From: a virus
Lineage: Duplodnaviria > Caudoviricetes
Reading direction: 5' to 3' (one strand)
IMG/VR virus record: IMGVR_UViG_3300028591_003737
Location: 32,001-96,000 of that record
DNA length: 64,000 nucleotides
Positions 11,283-22,543 of the stretch are shown here, one piece after another. The notes under the pieces are model-generated. The model was given only the letters and a program-made list of their open reading frames with translations. It did no database searches and was not told where the DNA came from. The number at the start of each line of letters is the position of its first letter. Within the stretch, counting starts at the first letter, position 1. The position numbers and the translations under genes were made by a program.

Positions 11283-12374
11283 ATGAGAGAAGTTGATATT
11301 AATGATGTAGAAAAAAATCTTTCAGGTCAAATTCCAGAATTTGAAGGAGAAACAGTAGTTGAAGAAACTACTACTCCATCAAAACCTGAAAATGAAGCTA
11401 CTCAATTTCTTGGAACTAAATTAACTCATAAGATTGGTGGATATGGCGAAAGCGATAAAGAAGCCGATAAAGAAATGGTAGAAGAAAAGAAACTTACCAG
11501 AGTTGGCGAAAAAATTACTCAAAGTACTGAAATCAGAGATGGTTGGATGGATGTTGATAAGCGCTTACTTGGTGATAGAGCTATTTTCTATCCAGAAGAT
11601 TGGCAATTTAAGATTCGTCCTGCTACAGTAGAAGCTGTTAGAAACTGGTCAACTATTGATGATGAAAATCCTAATTCAGTTGATGATGTTTTTAATGAGA
11701 TTCTTAAATCTTGTTTAGCTATTGTAACACCTAATGGTCCACTTCCTTGGGGTAATATTCGTTCATGGGATAGATTCTTCTTCATTCTTCTTATAAGAGA
11801 ATATACATTTATTGATGGTGAAAAGAAAGTTGAATTTACTGAAGATTGTCCAAACTGTGATAATCCTGTAACATTTACTCTTAATTCTCAGAGTCTTATG
11901 TATGATATGCCTGATCCTGATGTAATGAAGTATTTCTCATCAGAAGAACAGAATTGGTTAATTGATCCTGAAGAATATGATGTAGAATGGCCAGAAAAGA
12001 TTGTTCTTTATCTTCCTACTCTTGAAAAGGATGCTAATATTAAAGCATGGCTTATTGATAGAGTACAGAATAAGAAAAAGGTTGATAATGTATTTGTTAA
12101 ATTCCTTCCTTGGCTTGCACCAAAGATTTCTAAGGATTTACAAATTGCTCAGCGTCAGATTAGAGAATATGAAGTTAAGTTTAAGAGTTGGGACACAGAA
12201 ATGTTCTCATTTATGGATGAAGTAATAAATAATATTACTGTTATGCCATCAACAAATTTAGTTCAAACATGTCCAACTTGTGGTGAGGAGGTAACCGCAG
12301 CTATTTCCTTTCAAGATGGAATCCGTTCTCTATTCAATATGGCAGGTGGACGTAAGAAATTTGGTAAAAAGTAA
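11283..12374 (+). CDS. Baseplate hub subunit, T4 gp26-like
   Basis: IRP...ILKSC...DRFFFILLIR...CPNC...LYLPT...CPTCG pattern; followed by a small gp51-like ORF. Confidence 0.6.
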   Translation: MREVDINDVEKNLSGQIPEFEGETVVEETTTPSKPENEATQFLGTKLTHKIGGYGESDKEADKEMVEEKKLTRVGEKITQSTEIRDGWMDVDKRLLGDRAIFYPEDWQFKIRPATVEAVRNWSTIDDENPNSVDDVFNEILKSCLAIVTPNGPLPWGNIRSWDRFFFILLIREYTFIDGEKKVEFTEDCPNCDNPVTFTLNSQSLMYDMPDPDVMKYFSSEEQNWLIDPEEYDVEWPEKIVLYLPTLEKDANIKAWLIDRVQNKKKVDNVFVKFLPWLAPKISKDLQIAQRQIREYEVKFKSWDTEMFSFMDEVINNITVMPSTNLVQTCPTCGEEVTAAISFQDGIRSLFNMAGGRKKFGKK

Positions 12375-12609
12375 ACTTTATATTTGTAGAGACTGGCATA
12401 TACAACCATCTGAAATTGATAGAATGATGTATTTTGAATATGAATATATTATTCAAGATATCAATAAAGAAAATAAGGAACAAGAAAAGAGAAATAAAGA
12501 GGATGAAAAGAGATATGGTAATATCGGAAAACTTCCAAATTATAACTCAATGAAAACTCCTTCAGTTAATATGCCTAAAATGCCAACATTTAATATGCCT
12601 AAAATTTAA
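12316..12609 (+). CDS. Small baseplate hub assembly protein, T4 gp51-like (start uncertain)
   Basis: PSEIDRMMYFEYEYII..KENKEQ pattern; overlaps the end of the gp26-like gene. Confidence 0.5.
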   Translation: MESVLYSIWQVDVRNLVKSKLYICRDWHIQPSEIDRMMYFEYEYIIQDINKENKEQEKRNKEDEKRYGNIGKLPNYNSMKTPSVNMPKMPTFNMPKI

Positions 12610-12637
12610 GAGATTTGCAATGCAAATCTCTTTTTTT
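12608..12637 (+). terminator. Intrinsic terminator
   Basis: AAGAGATTTGCA-A-TGCAAATCTCTT followed by a T run. Confidence 0.8.
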
Positions 12638-12691
12638 ATTTATATAAATTTTATTTTTATACATAAAGAAGTATAATTTTATTAATAAAAT

Positions 12692-15600
12692 ATGGCTAAT
12701 TCTAATGTTGATATTTCAAATAAACTTTTTACATATGTAAAACATGGAGTTGATATATCACAAACTATAAAAGATATATATTATAATTCATTAATATTTA
12801 TAGGTGATGAACAACAAATATATGTTCCAGCTATTGATACTTATGTAGGTGTAGGTAAATCTAAATATAATGAATTATCAAAAAATATTCTTTGGATTCC
12901 TTCATTAGGTGCATATAGTATTACTACTAAAGAAGGCGGTAATTCTGCTTCTGGTAAATATTCATTATCTATTGGAGAAAATACAGTTGCTTCTGGTAAA
13001 AGTTCATTATCTGGTGGTACTGAAACAAGAGCTTCTGGAGAAAATGCTGTTAGTTTTGGTAATTATACATTAGCTTCAGGAGATAATTCATTTGCCAGTG
13101 GTGATCATACAAAAGCAACAGGAGATTATTCATTTGCTGAAGGTGTTCTTACTGAGGCAAATGGAGATAACTCTCATGCTGAAGGACTTTTAACTTATAG
13201 TAATGGTATAAATTCTCATGCTGAAGGTAATAATACATATTCATTAGGAGAATCTTCACATTCAGAAGGAAATTCTTCAGTAGCTTATGGAGAATCAACA
13301 CATTCTGAAGGTAAAAATACATATTCTATTGGAAATTATTCACATGCTGAAGGTTTATATACTTATACATATAATAATGCTGAGCATGCTGAAGGTAAAT
13401 ATAATAAATCAAATAATAATACAATATCATCTATTGGTATTGGTACAAGTCAAAGCAATCGTAAAAATGCTTTTGAAGTAGTTGATAATGGTAATGCATA
13501 TCTTATTAATGTTGGTGGATTTAATGGTGCTAATAGAGATTCAGCTACAACACTTCAAGATATAGTTAATAGAGCTATATCAAGTACAAATACTGGAACT
13601 GTTAATAATTCTGGAACTCATGTTATTAATAATGTTCATATAAATAGTTATGGTGATTTATCTTATACTTATCATGACTTAAGTGGTTTTGAATCAAGTG
13701 ATTTTTTAACAGGATATACTCAAACTGGTGATGGTAAAGTATCTGTTTCTACTCAAGTATTTACTAATCAAGGTCATCAAAAAACTACTAATCAAACATA
13801 TGTTATAACATATACATATATTGATCATTCTGGTAAATTACATTATGATTATAGAGATATAAGTGGTTCTGATAGTGGAAATTTTGTAACAGGATATACA
13901 CAGACAGCTGATGGTAAAATAAGTATATCAAAAGGAACATTTGCTACAGAAGGTCATGTAAAAACAACAGAACAAAATTATGTAGTTACTTATACTTATA
14001 TTGATGCTAATGGTAAGATACATTATGATTATAGAGATATTAGTGGTTCTGATTCTGATAATTTCTTAACAGGATTTAGTCAAACTAAAGATGGTAAAGT
14101 AAGTGTATCTAAAGGTAAATTTACAAATTCATTTACTAATGAAGGTAAACATAATTTAGTTACATATTCAAGTAGTAATCCACATAAGTTTGTTTCATAT
14201 ACATATATAGATACTACAGGTAAAGTTCATCAGACATATGATACTATTTATGTAGATCCTGAAAATGATTTTAAATATCATGATTTAAGCATAACTCAAG
14301 TAACATATCAAGGTGATGCTAATTTTGTATATGCTCTTACTGGAGTTTCAACAACTAATGGAAATGCTACATCACATACAATTGCTTATCAAATTTCAGG
14401 ACTTCCAACAAAGAAATATGTTGATGATCAATTTAGAGCAAATGATGCTTTAAGATATTGTGGTACAGTTACTCCTTCACAAGCGCAAAATGGAACAGTT
14501 ACATTTACTCATAATACTGTCCATCCAGGTCATGAAACACCTGATTATAGTGCTGGTGCAGTTTATAAAGTAAATGGAACTGGTTATTTTTACGGAGAAA
14601 GAGTATCTGCTGGTGATATGGTAATATCATATTCTGATTCTGCTGCAGCAACATCAAGTGATGGATGGAATGTAATTAATCAGAATATTGATTTAAGACA
14701 ATTAACTCCTACACAAGTATATAATGGTGGTTCAAAATCATCTAATGTAATTACTAATGTTAATTTAACATCTGATGGTACATTATCTTATACATATTAT
14801 CCATTAGATATTACTAATAAGACTCATACATTCTCTTCAGCAACTGAAGTAACAAATACTAATTCTCAAGATTTATTAAGAAATGTTAAGAATAAAGGTT
14901 TAAGAGTTATAACTGGAGTTAGTTTAACTCAAAATGGTCTTACAACAGAATTAGATACTTCTTATACATATCTTTATTCATATCAAGGACATCATAGTGG
15001 TTCATTAAGTAAACCAGAAGGATTTATATATAGTGTTTCATTAAGTTCTGATGGTGAATTAAGTGCATCAGGTAGAGATTTTGGAACTCAACCAAATGAA
15101 AAGAATGGTAATTATGTTATAACTAATGCATATATTACAACTACTGGTGTATTATATTATGATTATAGAAATCTTGAAACAACATCTGCTAGTGGAGTTG
15201 CTGGAAGTACTACAACTATAACAAATAGTACTAAAGTAAATGTTCTTACAGGACTTACTCAAACTAAAGATGGTAAAGTATCATATGCTTATACTTTATT
15301 AAATACATCTCATAGTACAAATAGTGGTTCTGCTACAAATAATGGTACACTTACAACAAGTTATACAAATGTAATAACAGGTGTTTCTATTTCAAGTGAT
15401 GGTGTATTATCTTATTCATATACTCCTCTTAATGTAACTGAATCTGGTCACTCAACATCTTCTGTTGGTCTTGACTCAGTAAATCATTCAGGAGCAACAA
15501 CAGGTGTTGTAACAAGTGTATATGTTGGTACAAATAATGTACTTTCATATGTTACTAGAGATATTTCTGGAAGTGGAAGTGGTAATTTTGCTATATCATA

Positions 15601-16585
15601 TACTCAAGATACTGAAGGACATGTATCAATGGGTTTTGGTTCATTTAGTACAAGTAAAGCTGCTTCAGCAACAACACATACAGCATATGTTGTAGGAGTT
15701 TCTATTGGAAGTGATGGTACATTATCATATAATTATGCTAATGTAAATCATACCAATACTGGTACATCTGCAGAAAATACTGTACAAACTAAGAGAGTAA
15801 TAACTAATGTAGCTCTTAGTACTGCTGGAGCATTAACTTATTCATATTATGATTTATCTGTTGATACTGCAAGTTCACAGAATAAAAATGGTTTAAGTGC
15901 TAAAACAATTAATACTAATAATGATCAAGTAGATATTTTAAGAACTAATTCAGCAAATACTGGTGTAAAAGTATTAACTGGAGTTGTATTAACTCAAACT
16001 GGTACTCAAACTAAATTATCATATGAATATACAGATATTTATGCTAATTTATCTCATCATTCAGGAAGTATTAATCAAAGTAGTGGTTTTGTATACAGTA
16101 TAACAATGGGTACTGATGGTACTCTTAGTGCATCTGGTAGAAACTTTGCTAATACAGGAACAAAATCAGATAATACTGTTGTAAATAGTTTTGCAATTGA
16201 TTTTATAAAGAATGTTAATCTTTCTTCAACTGGAGAATTATCTTATACTTATGGTACAGTAACATTTGGTATTAGTAATGAAGTTAAAACAGTTAAGAAT
16301 ACAAGTAATGCAATATATTTAGCTGGTATAACATCAACACCTAATGATAATACTATTAGTTATCAATATTATACTCCTAATACTTATACAACAAATGGAG
16401 CATTCTATACAAGTAGTGGTATAATTGGTGGTGCACTTACAGTACATGGTAATTTAACACTTAATGGTAATACTACTATTGGAGATGCTAATACAGATTC
16501 AGTAACATTAAAATCTGGTTTAATAACAATTACAAATAATACTGAATTTAGTGGACTTTCAAAACTTTGGGGAACTATAAGTTAA
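12692..16585 (+). CDS. Tail fibre / adhesin-like protein (1297 aa)
   Basis: 14-aa SHAEG repeats (YadA-head-like beta-roll), then many VITxVxLSSDGxLSYxY repeats; Ser/Thr/Gly/Asn-rich. Confidence 0.75.
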   Translation: MANSNVDISNKLFTYVKHGVDISQTIKDIYYNSLIFIGDEQQIYVPAIDTYVGVGKSKYNELSKNILWIPSLGAYSITTKEGGNSASGKYSLSIGENTVASGKSSLSGGTETRASGENAVSFGNYTLASGDNSFASGDHTKATGDYSFAEGVLTEANGDNSHAEGLLTYSNGINSHAEGNNTYSLGESSHSEGNSSVAYGESTHSEGKNTYSIGNYSHAEGLYTYTYNNAEHAEGKYNKSNNNTISSIGIGTSQSNRKNAFEVVDNGNAYLINVGGFNGANRDSATTLQDIVNRAISSTNTGTVNNSGTHVINNVHINSYGDLSYTYHDLSGFESSDFLTGYTQTGDGKVSVSTQVFTNQGHQKTTNQTYVITYTYIDHSGKLHYDYRDISGSDSGNFVTGYTQTADGKISISKGTFATEGHVKTTEQNYVVTYTYIDANGKIHYDYRDISGSDSDNFLTGFSQTKDGKVSVSKGKFTNSFTNEGKHNLVTYSSSNPHKFVSYTYIDTTGKVHQTYDTIYVDPENDFKYHDLSITQVTYQGDANFVYALTGVSTTNGNATSHTIAYQISGLPTKKYVDDQFRANDALRYCGTVTPSQAQNGTVTFTHNTVHPGHETPDYSAGAVYKVNGTGYFYGERVSAGDMVISYSDSAAATSSDGWNVINQNIDLRQLTPTQVYNGGSKSSNVITNVNLTSDGTLSYTYYPLDITNKTHTFSSATEVTNTNSQDLLRNVKNKGLRVITGVSLTQNGLTTELDTSYTYLYSYQGHHSGSLSKPEGFIYSVSLSSDGELSASGRDFGTQPNEKNGNYVITNAYITTTGVLYYDYRNLETTSASGVAGSTTTITNSTKVNVLTGLTQTKDGKVSYAYTLLNTSHSTNSGSATNNGTLTTSYTNVITGVSISSDGVLSYSYTPLNVTESGHSTSSVGLDSVNHSGATTGVVTSVYVGTNNVLSYVTRDISGSGSGNFAISYTQDTEGHVSMGFGSFSTSKAASATTHTAYVVGVSIGSDGTLSYNYANVNHTNTGTSAENTVQTKRVITNVALSTAGALTYSYYDLSVDTASSQNKNGLSAKTINTNNDQVDILRTNSANTGVKVLTGVVLTQTGTQTKLSYEYTDIYANLSHHSGSINQSSGFVYSITMGTDGTLSASGRNFANTGTKSDNTVVNSFAIDFIKNVNLSSTGELSYTYGTVTFGISNEVKTVKNTSNAIYLAGITSTPNDNTISYQYYTPNTYTTNGAFYTSSGIIGGALTVHGNLTLNGNTTIGDANTDSVTLKSGLITITNNTEFSGLSKLWGTIS

Positions 16586-16620
16586 AAAAAAGAGGAAGAA
16601 ATAAATTCTTCCTCTTTTTT
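16584..16620. terminator. Bidirectional intrinsic terminator
   Basis: A-run AGAGGAAGAA-ATAAA-TTCTTCCTCT T-run between convergent genes. Confidence 0.8.
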
Positions 16621-17878
16621 ATGATATTGAAATTGAATTTTCTGATTCCATTTCAGATAGTATTTTATCATATGTTTCTTTAGATACATCAAGAATATAA
16701 TTTCCTACTTCAACAATATATAATTTCATATTATTTAATTCTTCTTCTCTCTTTTTATATTTTTCAGTACCATATTCTTCATCATTCTTTAGAAACCAAT
16801 ATCCTGTAGTTTCACATATAGCATGTACAAGAGAAGAATTAAATCTGGTTTTACTTAGAGTATAACTATATGTTTTTTCATATCTATCACTACTCCAACC
16901 ACCAGATTCTTTTTTATATGAATTATTTGCTTTAAACCAAAACATAATTATTCTTCATCTAAATTATCATATGTAGGAATATAAGATACTATATTTGTTT
17001 TAAATGGATTATATTTAGGAAAATAAATTTCTTTATCATTATCAAATGTAATTTCTCTTAAAGAATTAACTAAACAACTTAACCCATTATCTATAAACCA
17101 TTGTTTAGGACCAGTTATAAAAAATATATATTCACCATCTTCTCTTTTATAAAAATTCCAATTAAATGCTGGTTTATATTTATCATATTCACCAGAATTA
17201 ACAAAAGATTTTAATGTCTCTTTAAGAACTTTTACTTTATGAGAATCTTCACTTGAAGTATAATTATCTTCTGGTTTTAATTCAATAAATACAATATCAT
17301 CGTAGTCTACATCGATATATGTAAACTTAAATCCAAATAACCACCAATTCTTTTCTATATATGAATTGATACCTTTAACTGAATCTGTATTATTTACTCT
17401 AAATATATTATACCAAGTAAATTTATCAAATTCTACACAGAAACATTTGTTTCCATCTTTACTCCATTTAACTAACATAGGACATATATTTACTTTCATT
17501 ATCTAATAAAGGAAAAACATATCTATTTTGTTCAGTTGTCATATATGAATAAGATAAAATCTTTTCATTTGTGATAAGTTTATCAAGTTTATGTTGTTTC
17601 AACTCTTTAATAGTTGTAGATACAAAGAAAATTTTTTCTTTTTGATCAGGATTTGAATAAATCCAATCATACTTAATATTAGTATGACAATTATTCATAT
17701 CCTTAGACCATTGAGATAAACATTCTTTAAATATATTTAAATCATGATCTTTATAATCAAAAGTAGAATTAATTACAATATTAACTCTTTGATTTTCTGC
17801 TTTCTTTAGTTTATATTTTTCAATAATATTCATAATTTTATAGTTTTTAATAAAGTCTAATTTCAATTCCTTTTTCAC
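16619..17878 (-). CDS. Three hypothetical proteins (16619-16945, 16948-17499, 17468-17878)
   Basis: Tightly packed ORFs downstream of the ligase. Confidence 0.6.
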
Positions 17879-19739
17879 GAGCTTTCTTCATCTTTCCAGT
17901 ATTACTATCAAGAGAATTAGTAAATACAATCTGAACTTCTTTCCATGAACCAGTATTACGATATTCAGGATGTTTATTAAGGAAATCTCCCTTAGAAAGA
18001 TAATCATTGGGTTCACCAGTCATAATGATTGGAATCTGATCTCCACGAATTGCTTTAGCTTCTTCTACCTGAATACGATACTGATCCATATCAAATCCAA
18101 TAGAATTAATTATACTCATAACTTGATGATATTTAGGATTTTGAATATCAAAAACCCATTCATAAGCAATTTTTGGAAGTGATGTCCAATCACCATCACC
18201 AGATTTAATCATTTCTTTTTCAATCTGTTCTGCAACTTTTATACCACAAAGAGGGAAAGAGCAAGAAACAATAATATCTTTTAAAGTAAGCTTTTTAAGA
18301 TATTCATTAAATGATTTCTTGGCATTAGTTCCAAGTTTACCACCAAGAGCACTATCTATTTCATTTCCAGAAACAAAGAGAATATTATTTGGAACAGGTT
18401 TTTCTGGAATATCAAAGAATTCATCTCCCTTACACTGTTCTTTTACATATTCAAAAATTGTTTCAGCAGCAGAAGGACCAATACTTGGAATATTAAGAGC
18501 TTCTGCAGAAGCAAGAAAACTGTTTTTAATAATTTCTTCTTCAGAAAGTTTCTTATAAAGATGAACACCATCTATAATACAATCATTAATATCAATAAGT
18601 CCGATATTAGATTCATTATATTTAGATGTATCAGTAATCTTATAAATAAAAGGAATAATATCACCAGCAAGTGAAAGAATTACTTTAGTTCCAATACTGA
18701 TTTTATTTTCAAGAATATAACCATAATTATGTGCAGAAGCTCTTGTAACTTCTTTACCATCCATAATTACAGGATTTACAATAATAACTGGAGTATATTC
18801 ACCAGTTTTATTAGAAAGCTGCCATTTGATATCTACAATTTCAGTTTCTTTAAGTTGAGGAGCAAACTTAACAGCAACACAATCTTTAGGACGATGTTCT
18901 GTAAGATTATTCTCTCTTAGACCAGCGACTGGTTTTAAAACAATTCCATCAAGAGCAAATGGACAATCTTCATTTCTATAAGATTCAAATTTATGATAAA
19001 GTCCTTCAAGCATTTTACTATCAAATTTATCAATAGTAAAATAAAATTGAGGTTTATCAGGATAATCATAACCCATCCAATCCATATCAATCCATCTGGC
19101 ATGATCATCCATAATTCTGATATCATAAATGACAACAGAAAGGTCATTAATCATATCTTCAATTTCAGGAGTATAATCCCTATTAAGAAGACCAGATACG
19201 AATGAACGAGGATTTACAAATTCTGAATATTTATTTTCAAAAATAAATCTATCAATAAGAACTTCTCCACGAAGAACATAATCTTCTGGAATTTGTTTAT
19301 TAAGTTTATTAATATCAGGAAGAAGTTTATTAATCAGATGTTTGTTCAAATCTTTACCATACTCACCATCTCCACGAGAAGAAATAAAAATAACATTATT
19401 CTTCTCTCCACTTACAGAACATTCAAATGAACAACCATCAAATTTAGGAGTAACAATAAACCAATTAGCATTATTCCTAAGAAGATATTTATTAATATCA
19501 TTTACATAATCACTAAAGATAATCTTTCCTTCAGAATTCTCTTTAATCTGAACCTTAGAAAGACTACCCATAATAAATGGATGTTTAATTGTATAAGTGG
19601 GATTTTTCTTAGCACCAATATATGATTTATTTTCAAGTCCAAGACGCTTTTCAAGCTCATCGAACTCAAAGTCTTCCATAATTGGAGTACCGTTGTAATA
19701 CGCTTCTTTTGCTTTATTATAAAGTTCTAAATCGGTCAT
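17847..19739 (-). CDS. ligA: NAD-dependent DNA ligase
   Basis: AYYNG..DFEFD domain Ia, HPFIMGSL, KFDG adenylation motif, SRGDG, RGEV, NPR, DGIV, AVKF, C-terminal BRCT-like GKMKKA. Confidence 0.93.
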   Translation of the reverse strand: MTDLELYNKAKEAYYNGTPIMEDFEFDELEKRLGLENKSYIGAKKNPTYTIKHPFIMGSLSKVQIKENSEGKIIFSDYVNDINKYLLRNNANWFIVTPKFDGCSFECSVSGEKNNVIFISSRGDGEYGKDLNKHLINKLLPDINKLNKQIPEDYVLRGEVLIDRFIFENKYSEFVNPRSFVSGLLNRDYTPEIEDMINDLSVVIYDIRIMDDHARWIDMDWMGYDYPDKPQFYFTIDKFDSKMLEGLYHKFESYRNEDCPFALDGIVLKPVAGLRENNLTEHRPKDCVAVKFAPQLKETEIVDIKWQLSNKTGEYTPVIIVNPVIMDGKEVTRASAHNYGYILENKISIGTKVILSLAGDIIPFIYKITDTSKYNESNIGLIDINDCIIDGVHLYKKLSEEEIIKNSFLASAEALNIPSIGPSAAETIFEYVKEQCKGDEFFDIPEKPVPNNILFVSGNEIDSALGGKLGTNAKKSFNEYLKKLTLKDIIVSCSFPLCGIKVAEQIEKEMIKSGDGDWTSLPKIAYEWVFDIQNPKYHQVMSIINSIGFDMDQYRIQVEEAKAIRGDQIPIIMTGEPNDYLSKGDFLNKHPEYRNTGSWKEVQIVFTNSLDSNTGKMKKAREKGIEIRLY

Positions 19740-19764
19740 ATATAGTTTAAATTATTTTCAATTT

Positions 19765-19792
19765 AATATAGTTGATAAATTATAAAATTCAA
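19765..19792 (-). promoter_or_regulatory. Class I phage promoter
   Basis: TTGAA-N16-CTATATT upstream of the ligase. Confidence 0.7.
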
Positions 19793-20088
19793 TCTTTTAT
19801 CAATGTAATATAATAAAACCAACCACCATATTTACTTTCATGTGGTACAATAGAAATTATAGAATAATTAAGAAGATTACAAAAATATGATAAAAAGCCT
19901 GCTAAAGTATAAACTCTAACTTTACTATCTTTTTTAATTATCTCTAATTCTTTTTCAAAAAATCCAGTAGAATTTCCTTCTGCTGATGCTATAGTATAAG
20001 GACACACTCCCTTATTTGTATTATAAGGGAGTGAAATCCACATAGTACGATATTCTTTTAATTCGGAATATTTTTTAGACTTAGCCAT
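19789..20088 (-). CDS. Hypothetical protein
   Basis: 99-aa ORF within the operon. Confidence 0.55.
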   Translation of the reverse strand: MAKSKKYSELKEYRTMWISLPYNTNKGVCPYTIASAEGNSTGFFEKELEIIKKDSKVRVYTLAGFLSYFCNLLNYSIISIVPHESKYGGWFYYITLIKD

Positions 20089-20091
20089 TTA

Positions 20092-20589
20092 TTAGCTTTT
20101 TACGACCCAGTCAGCAAGAGAAGTAATAAGATAACCTAGAGTCTTATAACGACACTCAAATCCTTCTCCTTCTACCCAACCCTTTGCAGCAGTAAAAACT
20201 TCATTGGACTTATTCTGTCCTCTTGAACCAGGATTAGGATTAATATCGATATCAACATATGCAATAGGAACGCCATATTCGCGAAGTGACTTTGCAACAT
20301 TGATAGACTCTTCAACTTCCTTAAGAAGTCTTTCGGCACGCTGTTCTCTACGATAACGAGGTACATACCAACGACGGAAAATACAGTGAGCACCATGTCC
20401 ATGTTCACCATCTCCCTTATCGTACATTGCAATAATAGTTGAGAAGCAAGTCTTGCTACCCTTACTCTGTGAGTCAGTACCAACCATTATATCAATGTTA
20501 CGATGTGACTTATAATAGTCACGCACATACTCTTCCACATTAGGAAGCTTTTCTCCTGTGAACTTTTTAAAATCAATTGTTCCAGTCAT
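20092..20589 (-). CDS. RNase H-like YkuK-family protein
   Basis: MVGTDSQ, ERLLKEVEES, VDIDIN, LAD motifs. Confidence 0.8.
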   Translation of the reverse strand: MTGTIDFKKFTGEKLPNVEEYVRDYYKSHRNIDIMVGTDSQSKGSKTCFSTIIAMYDKGDGEHGHGAHCIFRRWYVPRYRREQRAERLLKEVEESINVAKSLREYGVPIAYVDIDINPNPGSRGQNKSNEVFTAAKGWVEGEGFECRYKTLGYLITSLADWVVKS

Positions 20590-20620
20590 AATTTTAATTT
20601 GTTTGTTTTATTTATATTTA

Positions 20621-20779
20621 TTAAATGAAATATCCCCAAGTAATAATCAAACCAAAAATCATTACAGAGGTTTGTTTGCATTTCTTTCCATAAGTTGTGA
20701 GCTTATGAATTCCATACTTAATACATTCTTTATCAAAATCTACACTAAGTGCATACGGGTTTAAAAATGTAGTTGTCAT
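20621..20779 (-). CDS. Small hypothetical protein (52 aa, not in ORF track)
   Basis: MTTTFLNPYALSVDFDKE...WGYFI*, directly downstream of the promoter at 20807-20835. Confidence 0.5.
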   Translation of the reverse strand: MTTTFLNPYALSVDFDKECIKYGIHKLTTYGKKCKQTSVMIFGLIITWGYFI

Positions 20780-20806
20780 AATAAATTAATTTAAATATTC
20801 AAAAAT

Positions 20807-20870
20807 AATATAGATAATAAATCTGTAAATTCAAAATAAAGTGAATTAAATGTTATAATTTTTCTATTTT
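20807..20870. promoter_or_regulatory. Divergent pair of class I promoters
   Basis: Minus strand TTTGAA-N16-CTATATT (20807-20835); plus strand TGAA-N18-CTATTTTATAAT (20842-20870). Confidence 0.65.
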
Positions 20871-20894
20871 ATAATATATAAATGTATATCTGAT

Positions 20895-21116
20895 ATGACT
20901 TTGTTAATATTTTTAATAATAATTTTTTTAATATTAATATTTATATATTTCAAATATAAAAGTATTGTATTATTTGATGCATTATATTGGGGTCCTGGTT
21001 GTGGAGCCCCTGTTAAAGTTATTGACAAAACATTATTTAATGTTACTATAAGTACTTATGATGGTACATATAATATAGGAATAATTGAATTTTTAACAAC
21101 ATATAGAAAATCATAA
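20895..21116 (+). CDS. Small membrane-anchored protein
   Basis: N-terminal hydrophobic helix. Confidence 0.55.
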   Translation: MTLLIFLIIIFLILIFIYFKYKSIVLFDALYWGPGCGAPVKVIDKTLFNVTISTYDGTYNIGIIEFLTTYRKS

Positions 21117-21126
21117 CATAGTTTAT

Positions 21127-21948
21127 ATGGAAGAAATAAATTTTAATAAACAGATAGATAAGAGTTTAAAAACTTTAAGTATATCTGCAACTCTTAGTCT
21201 TATTGCTAAACCTGTTGATCAGGAAGCAATGTTGGAAAAGACATATAATAAACATTATAATAATCCTGAAAGTGAATATTATCATTTATCTAAAGATGAG
21301 ATAAAAGCTATTTGGGAGTCTAAAGGTGCAGCATCAAGACAATATGGTTCTCTTCTTGATGATTATATTGGTATTAAATTAACTGGTACTCCAGATGATT
21401 TAGAAATGTATAAACTTGATAATGATGTAGATGGAGATGAAAGATTGAAGGGTCTTATTTCATCATTTGAAAATTTCTGGAGTGTTCTTACAAAATCTGG
21501 TGATATGGAATTTGTTACTAGAGAAAAGACTATATATTATAAAGTAGGAGATTATTATATTAAAGGTCGTTTTGATGCATTATTCAGAAATAAGAGAACA
21601 GGTAAATGGATAATCATTGATTGGAAGAGTAGTAAAAGTATTGATTATAAGAATGTATGGGAAAAACTTCTTGGACCTGCAAAAATGTATGATAACTGTA
21701 ATCATGTAACATATACAATGCAAGGTTATTTCTATAAGACAGGATTAATATATTCTGATTATCTTCCAGAAGGTACAACTGAAGATGATGTAGAATTCTT
21801 AATAGTACAACTTCCTGGTTTTGTAATTGATGGTGATAAAGATTTTAAGATACATAAACCAGCATTTAAATATGACAAAGAATTCATGGATAGAATATTT
21901 GAATTCGCTATTAAGAAAAATATGTTACTTGAGAAAAAAGATGAGTAA
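21127..21948 (+). CDS. PD-(D/E)XK nuclease (RecB/Cas4-like exonuclease)
   Basis: REK...IKGRFDALF...IIDWKS...YTMQGYFY. Confidence 0.8.
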   Translation: MEEINFNKQIDKSLKTLSISATLSLIAKPVDQEAMLEKTYNKHYNNPESEYYHLSKDEIKAIWESKGAASRQYGSLLDDYIGIKLTGTPDDLEMYKLDNDVDGDERLKGLISSFENFWSVLTKSGDMEFVTREKTIYYKVGDYYIKGRFDALFRNKRTGKWIIIDWKSSKSIDYKNVWEKLLGPAKMYDNCNHVTYTMQGYFYKTGLIYSDYLPEGTTEDDVEFLIVQLPGFVIDGDKDFKIHKPAFKYDKEFMDRIFEFAIKKNMLLEKKDE

Positions 21949-22113
21949 TATTATTGAAGATATATATCATTATATAAAAGATATAAAAGTTGAAAAAGAT
22001 AAAGAAAAGGAAAGTGAATTAATATATGTAAATGTAACTCCAGAATTTTTAAATCCAGAGACAATAGGTAATTATAATAAAGAAACAGCTGAAAAATATA
22101 AAATTAATTAATT

Positions 22114-22410
22114 ATGTTTATTGAAATTAATGAAATTAGCCGTTATTGTAATAATAATGAAACCGATAATGGAGGTAATTGGAAATATAAACAAGTTATT
22201 ATAGGTAAAATAATTATAAATACTGATGAAATTAGATGTATTTCAATTGATGGATTTGAATGGGAAAATAAAGAAAAATATATTGTTAAAGAAGGTTCTC
22301 AAAGATATTGTATATATTTCGATAAAAATAGATCAGTAAATATAGATATTGAATCATACAATAAGATTAAAAAATATTTAATTAATGAAACAAATGATAA
22401 ATCAATTTGA
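22114..22410 (+). CDS. Hypothetical protein, paralog of 23129-23353
   Basis: Shared MFIExxEI...INTxxI...Y.K.KK pattern. Confidence 0.6.
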   Translation: MFIEINEISRYCNNNETDNGGNWKYKQVIIGKIIINTDEIRCISIDGFEWENKEKYIVKEGSQRYCIYFDKNRSVNIDIESYNKIKKYLINETNDKSI

Positions 22411-22543
22411 ATCAAATGTAATAGATATTAAATATGGTCCTTGGTATTGTGAAGATATAAGTGTTGATATAGAACATGAAACTATAAATCTTATATATTA
22501 TAGAGATATTGAAAGTATTACAATACAATTTAACATAAAATAA

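Noticed and set aside
12316-12374. Programmed -1 frameshift fusing the gp26-like and gp51-like ORFs at GGT AAA AAG TAA
   Set aside because: The downstream ORF is in the +1 frame and the run has only five A's; independent initiation is simpler.
13620-16150. Diversity-generating retroelement template/variable repeats
   Set aside because: The repeats are internal coding duplications with mixed substitutions, and no reverse transcriptase is present in the window.
21127-21948. Cas4 as part of a CRISPR-Cas locus
   Set aside because: There are no other cas genes or array and no four-Cys Fe-S pattern; it is a generic phage PD-(D/E)XK nuclease.
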